Shown here in pieces: positions 1 through 7,982 of a stretch of DNA of 64,000 nt. Source of the DNA: Chloroflexota bacterium (GTDB taxonomy: Bacteria > Chloroflexota > UBA6077 > FW602-bin22); NCBI GenBank assembly GCA_004297775.1, contig SCUE01000016.1, positions 41,666-105,665 of the forward strand, given 5' to 3'. Each line of letters starts with the position of its first letter. Within the stretch, counting starts at the first letter, position 1. The position numbers and the translations under genes are program-made. The notes beneath the pieces were generated by a model, which saw only the letters and a program-made list of their open reading frames with translations, was not told the DNA's origin and did not search any database.

Positions 1-396
1 TCCCTGGCGACGAATCTCGTCACCGCGGGCGCGCTGCTCGCGATCGACCGCGTCCGCGCCGGTTTCGCTCGCGTCGCGCTCCTCCGCGGCGTAGCCGGCC
101 GTGGCGACTGCTGTCCGCATCGCCGCGATCGTGGCGACGTCTGGCTGGTAGCGGACGCGCGCGGTTTCAGTGGCGAGGTTCACGCGAGCCTCGACGATGC
201 CGCTCACGCCGGAGAGCGCCTTCTCGACGTGACGGACGCACGATGCGCACGTCATACCGCGCACCGTAAGGAGAGTTTCAACCGTTGGTGAGGCGGCATC
301 GTCGATGTCCGCCCCGGCGCGCGACGGCGTCACTCCGTCGGGGGGTTTCGCCCCAGCGACCGCGCCACGTTCGTGCGTGGGCCCCGGGATCGCCAT
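1..396 (-). CDS. Heavy-metal (copper-type) P-type ATPase, N-terminal part only; the gene continues beyond the window start
   Basis: Minus-strand ATG at 394-396. Translation ...TLLTVRGMTCASCVRHVEKALSGVSGIVEARVNLATETARVRY... carries the GMTCxxC heavy-metal-associated (HMA) motif typical of CopA N-termini. The frame stays open to base 1. Confidence 0.75.
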   Translation of the reverse strand, partial: MAIPGPTHERGAVAGAKPPDGVTPSRAGADIDDAASPTVETLLTVRGMTCASCVRHVEKALSGVSGIVEARVNLATETARVRYQPDVATIAAMRTAVATAGYAAEERDASETGADAVDREQRARGDEIRRQG

Positions 397-537
397 ATCA
401 GACCTCCGCGACCGTGTCTGGTTCGAGAGTAAGCACGAACGCTGAGGCGACGCTGAGCCGAACCTGAGCGCTCCCTGAGCGGCCGGGACCTTCACGCTCG
501 TGCGGTCGTCGAGCCTGACAGCCGGAACGCGAAACGG

Positions 538-1887
538 TCAGATACCGGGCAGCGCGACGATCAAGGGCGATTTCCCGTTGCGAGTTGTTGGCATCGTCGG
601 TAACCGCTCGACCGTCACCATTGGATCGATCATTCCTTGCCGTCGAAGCGCATCGCGCAAGACAGTCGCGAGCGATGCGTCGGCAAGGCGCGCCGCCGGA
701 TCCACGATCTGGACTCGAATGCCGCCCTTCACCTGGACGACGCGCCAGGCTGCCACGGGTTGGCCGTCCATAAGGTGGTGGAACAACAGCGGTTGTACGG
801 CGATCGCCTGGCCGTCGGCGCCGACGAACCGCAACAGGTCCTCGGTTCGACCCTGGACGGCATCGACCAGTCGGAAAGGCCGCCCGCAGAGGCATGGTTC
901 GTCCGCGAGCCGCACGCTGTCATTCAATTCGTACCGTATGAGCGGCACGGTCCGGCTCCAGAGCACCGTCACGAGGACCTTCGCCCCGAACGTGCCAGGC
1001 GGAACAGCATGGTTTCGTTCGTCAACCACCTCGGCAAGCACCATGTCCTCGAAGAGATGCTTGCCACGATGCGCGCGACACTCGGCGGCGATCCCCGCCG
1101 TCTCGGTCGCCGCGTATTGGTCGAACAGGGTCTTGCCCCACGCCGACTCGATACGTCGTCGCGCGTCTTCGGTCAGGGCCTCCGAACTTGTGAATACCGC
1201 GCCCGGCGAGATTCCGAGCCGTCCGGATACTTGCTCATCCGCGAGCTGACGAATCATCGACGCATACCCGACCAGCATCCGCGGCGCGAACGCGTTCAGC
1301 TCAGCCACGAGCTCAGCCATCGGACGAGTCGCGTCAAGCCGAAGCGTCGGAACCATTGGACTGCGAAACGACGCTCCGGCACGCGCAGACATATGGCTCG
1401 GTCCGGTCGAGGCGACGATCGCGGTGGGCGCGCGGTGTGTCAGACCGGTCGCGCAGCCAGCCCAGGCCGGTCCGCGCGCGAAGGACACCAGGACCATTGA
1501 CCATTCGTACGGATCGAACAAGAATAACCCTGGTTCACCGGTGCTCCCCGACGTGGCGTTTAGCCGATATCGGCCCAGATAGAGCTCGTCGCCTCGGAGG
1601 GTCCGGAGATGGGCTTCCAGGTCAGCGCGTCGAACCCGGGGGTCGGTGACCGCGTCGTCGAAGCGTTCCATCAGCTCCGCCTTCGTGACCGTCGGCAGAG
1701 CGTCGAGCGGCGCCGTTTCGCGCCCGCGATGGAGCTCGCGATAGAAGCGGGATTGCGCACAGGCGTGTCCGCGGAGCGTGGCGAGCGAACGTTCCTGGTG
1801 CCGGCGCAATTGGTCGCGCGTCCAGTGCTCGCGCTGGGCGAGGCGCCAGCGATGCCATAGGACGCGAGCCAGGAGCGCCGCATCCAC
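538..1887 (-). CDS. PaaK-like adenylate-forming enzyme (phenylacetate-CoA ligase / coenzyme F390 synthetase family)
   Basis: 449-aa ORF with an N-terminal helical region followed by ...NATSGSTGEPGLFLF... (ANL-type AMP-binding loop) and the overall PaaK-like layout. High GC3. Confidence 0.7.
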   Translation of the reverse strand: MDAALLARVLWHRWRLAQREHWTRDQLRRHQERSLATLRGHACAQSRFYRELHRGRETAPLDALPTVTKAELMERFDDAVTDPRVRRADLEAHLRTLRGDELYLGRYRLNATSGSTGEPGLFLFDPYEWSMVLVSFARGPAWAGCATGLTHRAPTAIVASTGPSHMSARAGASFRSPMVPTLRLDATRPMAELVAELNAFAPRMLVGYASMIRQLADEQVSGRLGISPGAVFTSSEALTEDARRRIESAWGKTLFDQYAATETAGIAAECRAHRGKHLFEDMVLAEVVDERNHAVPPGTFGAKVLVTVLWSRTVPLIRYELNDSVRLADEPCLCGRPFRLVDAVQGRTEDLLRFVGADGQAIAVQPLLFHHLMDGQPVAAWRVVQVKGGIRVQIVDPAARLADASLATVLRDALRRQGMIDPMVTVERLPTMPTTRNGKSPLIVALPGI

Positions 1888-1899
1888 GAGCTATGCCTC

Positions 1900-2526
1900 C
1901 TACGAAGCCGTCACGTTCGCCTTCAGGATGAACTGCAGCGCGTCCTCGTTCACGCCGGTCGCAAGGAACACGCCCCGCGTCAGCGGACCGACTCCCTCTG
2001 GCCCGTGCGCCGCCGGATCGATTTCTACCTCGAGGGCCGCTGGCCCGCCGCCCGAGACGGTCCACGTGCTCCACCCCGGCGCCGCCGAATCGTGGGACAT
2101 GCTCGACCACGGGCTCGCTCGACCCGCCTGAACCAGGCGGGCACGCGTGCACATTCAGGTCGTGCCAAGATTCGTCACTCGAACGGTCCCCGTGACGGTG
2201 AGAGGGAAACTGGTCGAGAGTACGCCATCCCGCATGCGAACCGTGCCGAAATGATGGAACGTCTGCTCGGCCGCGATCGTGCCAGACTCGGCACGGCCGG
2301 CGGCGAGAACGGCGACGCCGATCACCGCCGCGACGATCGCCAGACCCACGAACAGCAACCGTCTCGATCGAGACGTCGCGACCCTCGTCCGTGTCGCCGT
2401 TATTCCCACCGTGATCTGCCCCACCGTGGTCTGCCTCCGGCGCGGTCGCGACACGACATCATGCCGCGTGCTCGGTCCCACGGACCGCACGCTCGGCCGA
2501 GTGTGCCTGGACCGCCAGGTAGACAA
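1900..2526 (-). CDS. DUF1573-like membrane-anchored CxC protein interrupted by one in-frame TGA (2155-2157). Candidate selenoprotein, otherwise a pseudogene.
   Basis: Track ORFs 2155..2526 and 1900..2154 are in the same frame, separated only by TGA. The joined product reads ...FHHFGTVRMRDGVLSTSFPLTVTGTVRVTNLGTT-[TGA]-MCTRARL...SMSHDSAA...VEIDPAAHGPEGVGPLTRGV... This matches the DUF1573 pattern (xTSCMCT ... DPAAHGP) that I recall, with TGA at the first Cys. The N-terminal TM helix is LLFVGLAIVAAVIGVAVLAAG. The start codon is uncertain because 2526 overlaps the upstream gene. Confidence 0.6.
2123..2141 (-). other. SECIS-like hairpin 13 nt downstream of the in-frame TGA
   Basis: Minus-strand RNA reads UGA-AUGUGCACGCGUG-CCCGCC-UGGUUCA-GGCGGG. 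This is a perfect 6-bp GC stem (extendable by a G-U pair) with a 7-nt loop containing GGU. Confidence 0.45.
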
Positions 2527-2905
2527 CTCCGGCCAGATTCATCAGTGCGCCGAGCCACAGGAGCTCCGTTCGCCACGCGTTCAGGAAGACCGCGGCGGCG
2601 GAAATGCCGAGTATCGGCAGCGCATCGGCGACGTGGTGCGCGCAGCACGCCAGCATCGCGGTTGCGCTCGTGCCGCCGCTGGCCGCGACTCCACCGGCGG
2701 ACAGTCGGCGATGGAGCGCGCGAACGTGCGCGTAGAGACCAGCCTGCGCGCCGAATCCGAGCATGATCGCCAGGACGAACCAGCGGTCGTCCGACAGTTG
2801 CCGCGTGGCGTGATCCCATCCCTGCGCGAGCGCGACGACCCCAATGTAGAGTGCGAAAAGCAGCGTCGCCGCGGCGACGCCGATGGCGATGCGCGCGCGA
2901 ACCAT
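2459..2905 (-). CDS. Small polytopic membrane protein with a CC-HH motif (putative metal-handling partner)
   Basis: Likely start is ATG at 2905 (MVRARIAIGVAAATLLFALY...). It has four hydrophobic segments and the motif MLACCAHHVADALP. It is co-oriented with the flanking genes. The upstream part of track ORF 2459..3151 is Arg-rich and unlikely to be coding. Confidence 0.6.
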   Translation of the reverse strand: MVRARIAIGVAAATLLFALYIGVVALAQGWDHATRQLSDDRWFVLAIMLGFGAQAGLYAHVRALHRRLSAGGVAASGGTSATAMLACCAHHVADALPILGISAAAVFLNAWRTELLWLGALMNLAGVVYLAVQAHSAERAVRGTEHAA

Positions 2906-2985
2906 CCAGGCTCCGCGCGCGACACTCTGCGCAGGCCCGATCCAGCGTCCGGGACCACGACTCGGAACGCGGATTCGTCGCTCGG

Positions 2986-3498
2986 CTAGCGTAGTTTCCA
3001 CTGGAAGCTCCTCTCCGGTACGCCGGCCACGTCGCGCACGATTAGCGCGATCGCGCGCGTGTCGGGTTGGATGACGGGCAACCCGTCGGGAGTCGTCGCC
3101 GGGAAGACGAGTTCCCCCGACCGGTGATGCCCGCCGTTCGGCGCATCCCAAGCGGTCGGTCGAACCTCTCGACCGTTGTCGGTTCGGAGCGCCGCCAGTG
3201 CGCTCAAGTCGTAGCTATCCAGGTCAACCGAGTGCGTGTCCATCGTCACCGAGAAGGTCGGACCGGCGGCCACACCCTTCAGGACGATCACCATCGTGAC
3301 CGAACCCGCCTCGTTCGTTCGAACGTCGGCCGTGTTCCCATCCGCTTGCGTCGCGCCGGAACTCGGCGCAGCCGCGACGGCTCCGCACGCGGCGAGCGTG
3401 AGGGTTGCCGCCAGGATGGACGCGGCGAATGTCGGCCTTTGCCATCGAATACCCGGCCAACACCTGCCGCCGCGTGCGACATTCTCCATCAGTGCCAT
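2986..3498 (-). CDS. Secreted lipoprotein of unknown function (GGHH motif)
   Basis: Lipobox LTLAAC after a hydrophobic N-terminus. The mature part reads ...FSVTMDTHSVDLDSYDL...WDAPNGGHHRSGELVF... It is the first gene of the minus-strand operon. Confidence 0.6.
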   Translation of the reverse strand: MALMENVARGGRCWPGIRWQRPTFAASILAATLTLAACGAVAAAPSSGATQADGNTADVRTNEAGSVTMVIVLKGVAAGPTFSVTMDTHSVDLDSYDLSALAALRTDNGREVRPTAWDAPNGGHHRSGELVFPATTPDGLPVIQPDTRAIALIVRDVAGVPERSFQWKLR

Positions 3499-3598
3499 TC
3501 CAGGAAGCGTATCGCGACCATCTGAGTCGAACCTGAGGCGCGCCTGAGCGCCACCTGAGTCGGTCGCGCAACCGCCCCAGGGACAGTTCGAGAGCGAA

Positions 3599-6130
3599 AT
3601 GCGCGATCAGCATCGCCGATTGTCAACAAACAGTAACTTTCATCATCGCCGCGCCGCCTGTAGAATGCATGCAGCCGCCCGGGAGTTCAGGTTGCTGCGA
3701 CTGCTCCTACCGCTATTCGCGCTGATCGCCCTTGCGATTGGCCCTGGTAGCGCGAGCGCGGCCGATCCGCCCCGCATGACGATTCGATCCGGCTACGATG
3801 GTGTCGCCAAGCTCGGCGCGTGGTTCCCGGTCGAGGTGGGCGTCACGAACACCGGACCCGAGATCGCCGGCGAGATTCAATTGAAGGTCGATGGTCTCGA
3901 CGGTCGTGGTACGTTCAACCGGCCACCGATCACCTACAGCGTGCCGGCCAATCTGCCGCGCCAGTCGAGCAAGCGATTCGTCCTCGAGGTTTTCCTGCCG
4001 GCGCCGGTCGAGAAGTTGAGCGCGCAGCTCATCGCCGATGGCGCGGTCCTCGCCGCGGCCGAGACGCCGTTCGAACGGGTCGGCCAGAACGAGACGATGT
4101 GTGGGGTGCTCAGCGCGAACCGGTCGGCGCTCGATTTCCTCCCGGCGGTCGAACTTCCCGGTCGCGCCAAGCACATTCGCGTCGCCCACCTCGACGCGGC
4201 GGACCTGCCACCGACGCCGCAGCTCCTCGCTTCGCTCGACTGTCTGGTTCTTTCGAACGCGTCGCTCGCTTCGATCGGCGACCAGCAGCGCGAGGCGTTG
4301 CGCGGTTGGACCGCCGCCGGCGGACTGCTCGTGGTGGCCGGCGGCCCTGGCTGGCAGAAGACGCTCGCCGGGCTACCCAAGGACCTTCTTCCGGTCGAGG
4401 TCAAGGGCACGATTCCCTTGCGCTCGGCGAAATCGCTCGAGAAGTTCGGCGGCGCGCCGATCGAGGATCCAGGCCCCTGGCTCATCGCCGATGCACGACT
4501 AACCGATGGCATCATGATCCTCGCCGAGGAGGGCGTGCCGATTCTCGTCGGCGCGCAGCGCGGCCGCGGCGCGGTCTTCTTCCTCGCCTTCGATCCCAGC
4601 CTCGAGCCGCTGCGAAGCTGGCGCGGCTCGGTTCACCTCTGGCGCTACCTCACCGCCTACGTGCCGGCGGAGCTGCAGTTGCCCAGCAACTTCGTTCGTC
4701 AGTACGCGAGCTATGGGCGAATGCCCCGCAATACGCTCGCCGACCTGTCGGCTCTCCGTCCGCCGACGGCCGACTGGATGCCGTGGCTGCTGTTCGGCTA
4801 CGCGGTTATCGTCGGACCGGTCACTTACGTTGCCCTGCGACGGTTCGGGCGACTCGAGTGGAGCCTCTGGACGTTCCCGATCGTCACGCTCGTGGCGGCC
4901 GGCGGCGCGTTTGCCTTCTCTCGGAGCGCCGGAGAGGCCGACATCCTCTTCAACAAGGTCTCGCTCATTCGCGTCTGGGACGGCCAGGCCGAGGGGTACG
5001 CGCGCACCTATGTGAGCGCATTCTCGCCGCGCGAGAACACGTACGAGATCGAGATCGCGGCGGCCGACGAAAGCGCGGGTGCGCGCGATAATCTCGTCTG
5101 GCCGCTCTTCTACCCGTTTCCGGTTCCGACCGGCACGCCGTCGCCTGACCCGGTCGGACTGTCGGTCCGTCGCGGCGACGTCACCGAATTGCGCCGATTC
5201 ACGCTGCCGGCCCGCTCGCTCGGCACGTTCCAGGTCGACTCACCTTCGGCCGCCGGACTTGCGCTCGAGGCGAATCTCACATCCGACGGAATGGCCGTGC
5301 ATGGCACGATTCGCAATCGTTCCGCCGCGGCGATCCGGGGCGCCAGTCTGGTTGTGGGACAGGACGTGGTGCGCCTCGGCGATCTCGGTCCGGGCGAGAC
5401 GCGTCAGGTCCACGTGTCGATCACCGCGCCGACGACCATAGGCTACATCGACACGACCGCGATCGTGAAGCAGCTCTATCCGAGTGCGCATCTGGCGACG
5501 CCGGTAACGAGCGCCGAGGTCGCCAGCCGCGACATTCTCGATAATGCTCTGAGCACCGGCCTGAACGCGGTCAGCCGCATCGAGACTGGCCCAGTCGCGC
5601 TGGTCGGTTGGCTCGATGGGGCGCCGATTCGCTTGTCGGCGCAGTCGGCGCGTTCAGCCGAGATCAATCGCTCGCTCCTGATCGCGAGCCTGTCGGTCGA
5701 GCCCTCCACCGGTGACGACCAGAAGATTCCACCGGCACTCATCGAGCGGCGCAATCTCGTTTCCGGTACCGGCCGTGTCAGCGGTTCGGGAATGGTCGTC
5801 ACGAGCGGTGAATTGCTCGCCTTCGAGTATCGCCTGCCGCACCGCCCGGACAAATTCATGATCTCGGACGTGTCGCTGGATGTGAATGGTGCGACGACGA
5901 GCGGCGAAGCGGTCGGCGACATCGCTACGGCGTCGGTCTACGATTGGCTCGCGGCCGATTGGCGCGATATTTCGTTCGCCGCCGGAATGGTGTCGCTCGG
6001 CGATCCCGCCCGAGTCGTGTCGGCTCTCGGTGGCGTCCGCCTGCGGGTCAATCACCGCCCGGCCACCGGCGCAACGACGAGCCTGACGCTCGATCGATTC
6101 GACCTGTCGGTGTCCGGGCGCGGCGCATGA
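3599..6130 (+). CDS. Large secreted/membrane protein of unknown function (about 840 aa)
   Basis: Signal-like N-terminus LLRLLLPLFALIALAIGPGSASA. An alternative ATG start at 3665 gives a cleaner signal peptide. Central TM pair WMPWLLFGYAVIVGPVTYVALRRF / WTFPIVTLVAAGGAFAF. The stop overlaps the next start (ATGA at 6127-6130). Confidence 0.7.
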   Translation: MRDQHRRLSTNSNFHHRRAACRMHAAAREFRLLRLLLPLFALIALAIGPGSASAADPPRMTIRSGYDGVAKLGAWFPVEVGVTNTGPEIAGEIQLKVDGLDGRGTFNRPPITYSVPANLPRQSSKRFVLEVFLPAPVEKLSAQLIADGAVLAAAETPFERVGQNETMCGVLSANRSALDFLPAVELPGRAKHIRVAHLDAADLPPTPQLLASLDCLVLSNASLASIGDQQREALRGWTAAGGLLVVAGGPGWQKTLAGLPKDLLPVEVKGTIPLRSAKSLEKFGGAPIEDPGPWLIADARLTDGIMILAEEGVPILVGAQRGRGAVFFLAFDPSLEPLRSWRGSVHLWRYLTAYVPAELQLPSNFVRQYASYGRMPRNTLADLSALRPPTADWMPWLLFGYAVIVGPVTYVALRRFGRLEWSLWTFPIVTLVAAGGAFAFSRSAGEADILFNKVSLIRVWDGQAEGYARTYVSAFSPRENTYEIEIAAADESAGARDNLVWPLFYPFPVPTGTPSPDPVGLSVRRGDVTELRRFTLPARSLGTFQVDSPSAAGLALEANLTSDGMAVHGTIRNRSAAAIRGASLVVGQDVVRLGDLGPGETRQVHVSITAPTTIGYIDTTAIVKQLYPSAHLATPVTSAEVASRDILDNALSTGLNAVSRIETGPVALVGWLDGAPIRLSAQSARSAEINRSLLIASLSVEPSTGDDQKIPPALIERRNLVSGTGRVSGSGMVVTSGELLAFEYRLPHRPDKFMISDVSLDVNGATTSGEAVGDIATASVYDWLAADWRDISFAAGMVSLGDPARVVSALGGVRLRVNHRPATGATTSLTLDRFDLSVSGRGA

Positions 6131-7059
6131 CCGCCGGCGACGCGGCCGCAATCGCCGCGATTGACCTGACGCGACGCCACGGCGACAATCGGTCGGTCGA
6201 TGGCGTGTCGCTGTCGGTCGATTCTGGCGAGGTGTACGGTCTGGCCGGCCCGAATGGCGGCGGCAAGTCGACTCTGCTGCGCATCCTCGCGCTGATCGAG
6301 CGGCCATCTTCCGGCGCGCTGCGCATCGGTGGCGTCGACGCAATCGCCGATCCGCGTCGGGCGCGACGGATGATCGGTTACGCCGGTCCGGTGACTGGTT
6401 CACCACTCCTGACCATCGTCGAAGAACTCGACTACGCGGCGCGCCTGCGGGGTGTCACGTCTGGACGATCCGATACGATCGATGCCCTGCTCCATCTGGT
6501 GGATCTCCACGATCGGCGCCGGCGCCCGATCGGATCGCTCTCCGACGGCGACTATCGCCGGCTCTCGATTGCGCGCGCCCTCGTTCACGATCCGTCGGTC
6601 GTCTTGCTCGATGGCCCGTTCGAGGCGATCGACGCCGCTACTCGCATCGAGTTCCGTGCCATCGTCGGCGAACTGCGGGCGCTGGGGAAGGCAATTGTCC
6701 TGACGGCCACGGCCGTCGGCGACCTCGCCGGAGTGTGCGACGTGGTGGGATTCCTCAATGGCGGTCGTCTCGTCTACGAGGATGTCCCGGCAAATCTCCT
6801 TCGCTCGGCCGGCCGGCCGCTTCGCCTCGTCGTGGCAGGTGATGTGGGTCTCGTCGAACGCTGGCTCGTCGCTCGGGTGCACGTCACGAGCCCGGCAATC
6901 GTCGGGGAGCGCGCCATCGCGTTCTGGTTCGATGGCGATGACGCGGGTCAGGCCGCGCTGCTCGGCGATCTGATCGCCGATGACTTTGGCGTCATCTCAT
7001 TCGGTCTGGTCGAGGACGAGGCCGATGCCGAACTCGCCCGAATGGCGCGCGTCCCATGA
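6127..7059 (+). CDS. ABC transporter ATP-binding protein with degenerate catalytic motifs
   Basis: Walker A GPNGGGKST is intact. The signature is LSDGDYRRLS (not LSGGQ), Walker B is VVLLDGPF (Gly where the catalytic Glu is expected), there is no obvious Q-loop Gln (IGYAGPVTG), and there is no H-loop His (IVLTATAVGD). Confidence 0.8.
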   Translation: MTAGDAAAIAAIDLTRRHGDNRSVDGVSLSVDSGEVYGLAGPNGGGKSTLLRILALIERPSSGALRIGGVDAIADPRRARRMIGYAGPVTGSPLLTIVEELDYAARLRGVTSGRSDTIDALLHLVDLHDRRRRPIGSLSDGDYRRLSIARALVHDPSVVLLDGPFEAIDAATRIEFRAIVGELRALGKAIVLTATAVGDLAGVCDVVGFLNGGRLVYEDVPANLLRSAGRPLRLVVAGDVGLVERWLVARVHVTSPAIVGERAIAFWFDGDDAGQAALLGDLIADDFGVISFGLVEDEADAELARMARVP

Positions 7060-7982
7060 TCGTAGCGCTCGCGCGTGAGCTCGTGCTCGGCAGCCGTCGA
7101 GGCGCGCCCTACGCGCTCCTTCTCGCCAACGGAATCTTGATGGCGGGAGTGGCGGCGGCCTTGAACGCCGTTGTCGGCACAGTTTCGCCATGGGTTGCCC
7201 CATCGATCGGAGCGACGCCATCATCGACGCCGAGCGGCGTCGGACCGATGCTGGTCGCCTGGCGTGGCCCGGCGCTCTTCATCCTTCTCTGCGCGTGGCT
7301 CACGATCATGGGCACCATTTTCGCCCCGGTGATTGGGGCGCGCGCGATCGGCGCCGATCGCCGGACCGGCGCGCTCGATGATCTGATTGGCAGTGGCACA
7401 CGCGTCGAGTCGCTGGTCGCGGCAAAGCTCCTCGCCGTCGCGCTGCAGTCGGCGATGATCGTCGCCAGCGGCCTACCGGCGTTCGCGCTGGTGTGGTTGC
7501 TCGGCGGCGTCGCCGCGACGACCGCGGTGTCAGCCGCGCTCGTCATCGCCAGTTGGCTCCTGTTGCTCGGCGCGCTCGGCCTCGTGTCCAGCTCGTTCAG
7601 TCGCGGCGACGTTGCGCCGGCCGCGGCCGGCGGCGTTATCGGCGCCACGCTACTCATTGCGCCGATCGTGACGTACCTACTGTTCATGCTGACCGACCGG
7701 ACCGGCGGCGGGTTCATCGTTGCGCTTAGCCCCCTGGCCGCGATCCTGGCCGCCAATCCCGAGTTCGCCGACGCGCTCGGGAAGGTTGCGCCGATCGCGA
7801 CTTCGCTGCCGGTCCGCGTGACGATCTCGTTACCCGGCGCCGTCGTGGGCGGACCGCTTCCGCTCGTGTCGGCTGGCTTCTACGTTCTCCTCTCGATCGC
7901 GCTCGTTCCCGTGGTCGCTCTGACGCTCGATCCGATGCACCGGCTGAAGACCATCCGGCTTCGGTATCGGCCGGCCGATTGA
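7056..7982 (+). CDS. ABC-2 type transporter permease
   Basis: 308 aa with about six hydrophobic helices. ATGA overlap with the ATPase gene. The position and size are typical of ABC-2 permeases. Confidence 0.65.
   Translation: MIVALARELVLGSRRGAPYALLLANGILMAGVAAALNAVVGTVSPWVAPSIGATPSSTPSGVGPMLVAWRGPALFILLCAWLTIMGTIFAPVIGARAIGADRRTGALDDLIGSGTRVESLVAAKLLAVALQSAMIVASGLPAFALVWLLGGVAATTAVSAALVIASWLLLLGALGLVSSSFSRGDVAPAAAGGVIGATLLIAPIVTYLLFMLTDRTGGGFIVALSPLAAILAANPEFADALGKVAPIATSLPVRVTISLPGAVVGGPLPLVSAGFYVLLSIALVPVVALTLDPMHRLKTIRLRYRPAD

Noticed and set aside
2155-2157. Genome-wide TGA reassignment as an explanation for the in-frame TGA.
   Set aside because: Many well-supported genes in this window terminate at TGA, including the ATGA overlaps at 6127-6130, 7056-7059, 10715-10718 and 13428-13431. 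TGA is therefore a normal stop here.
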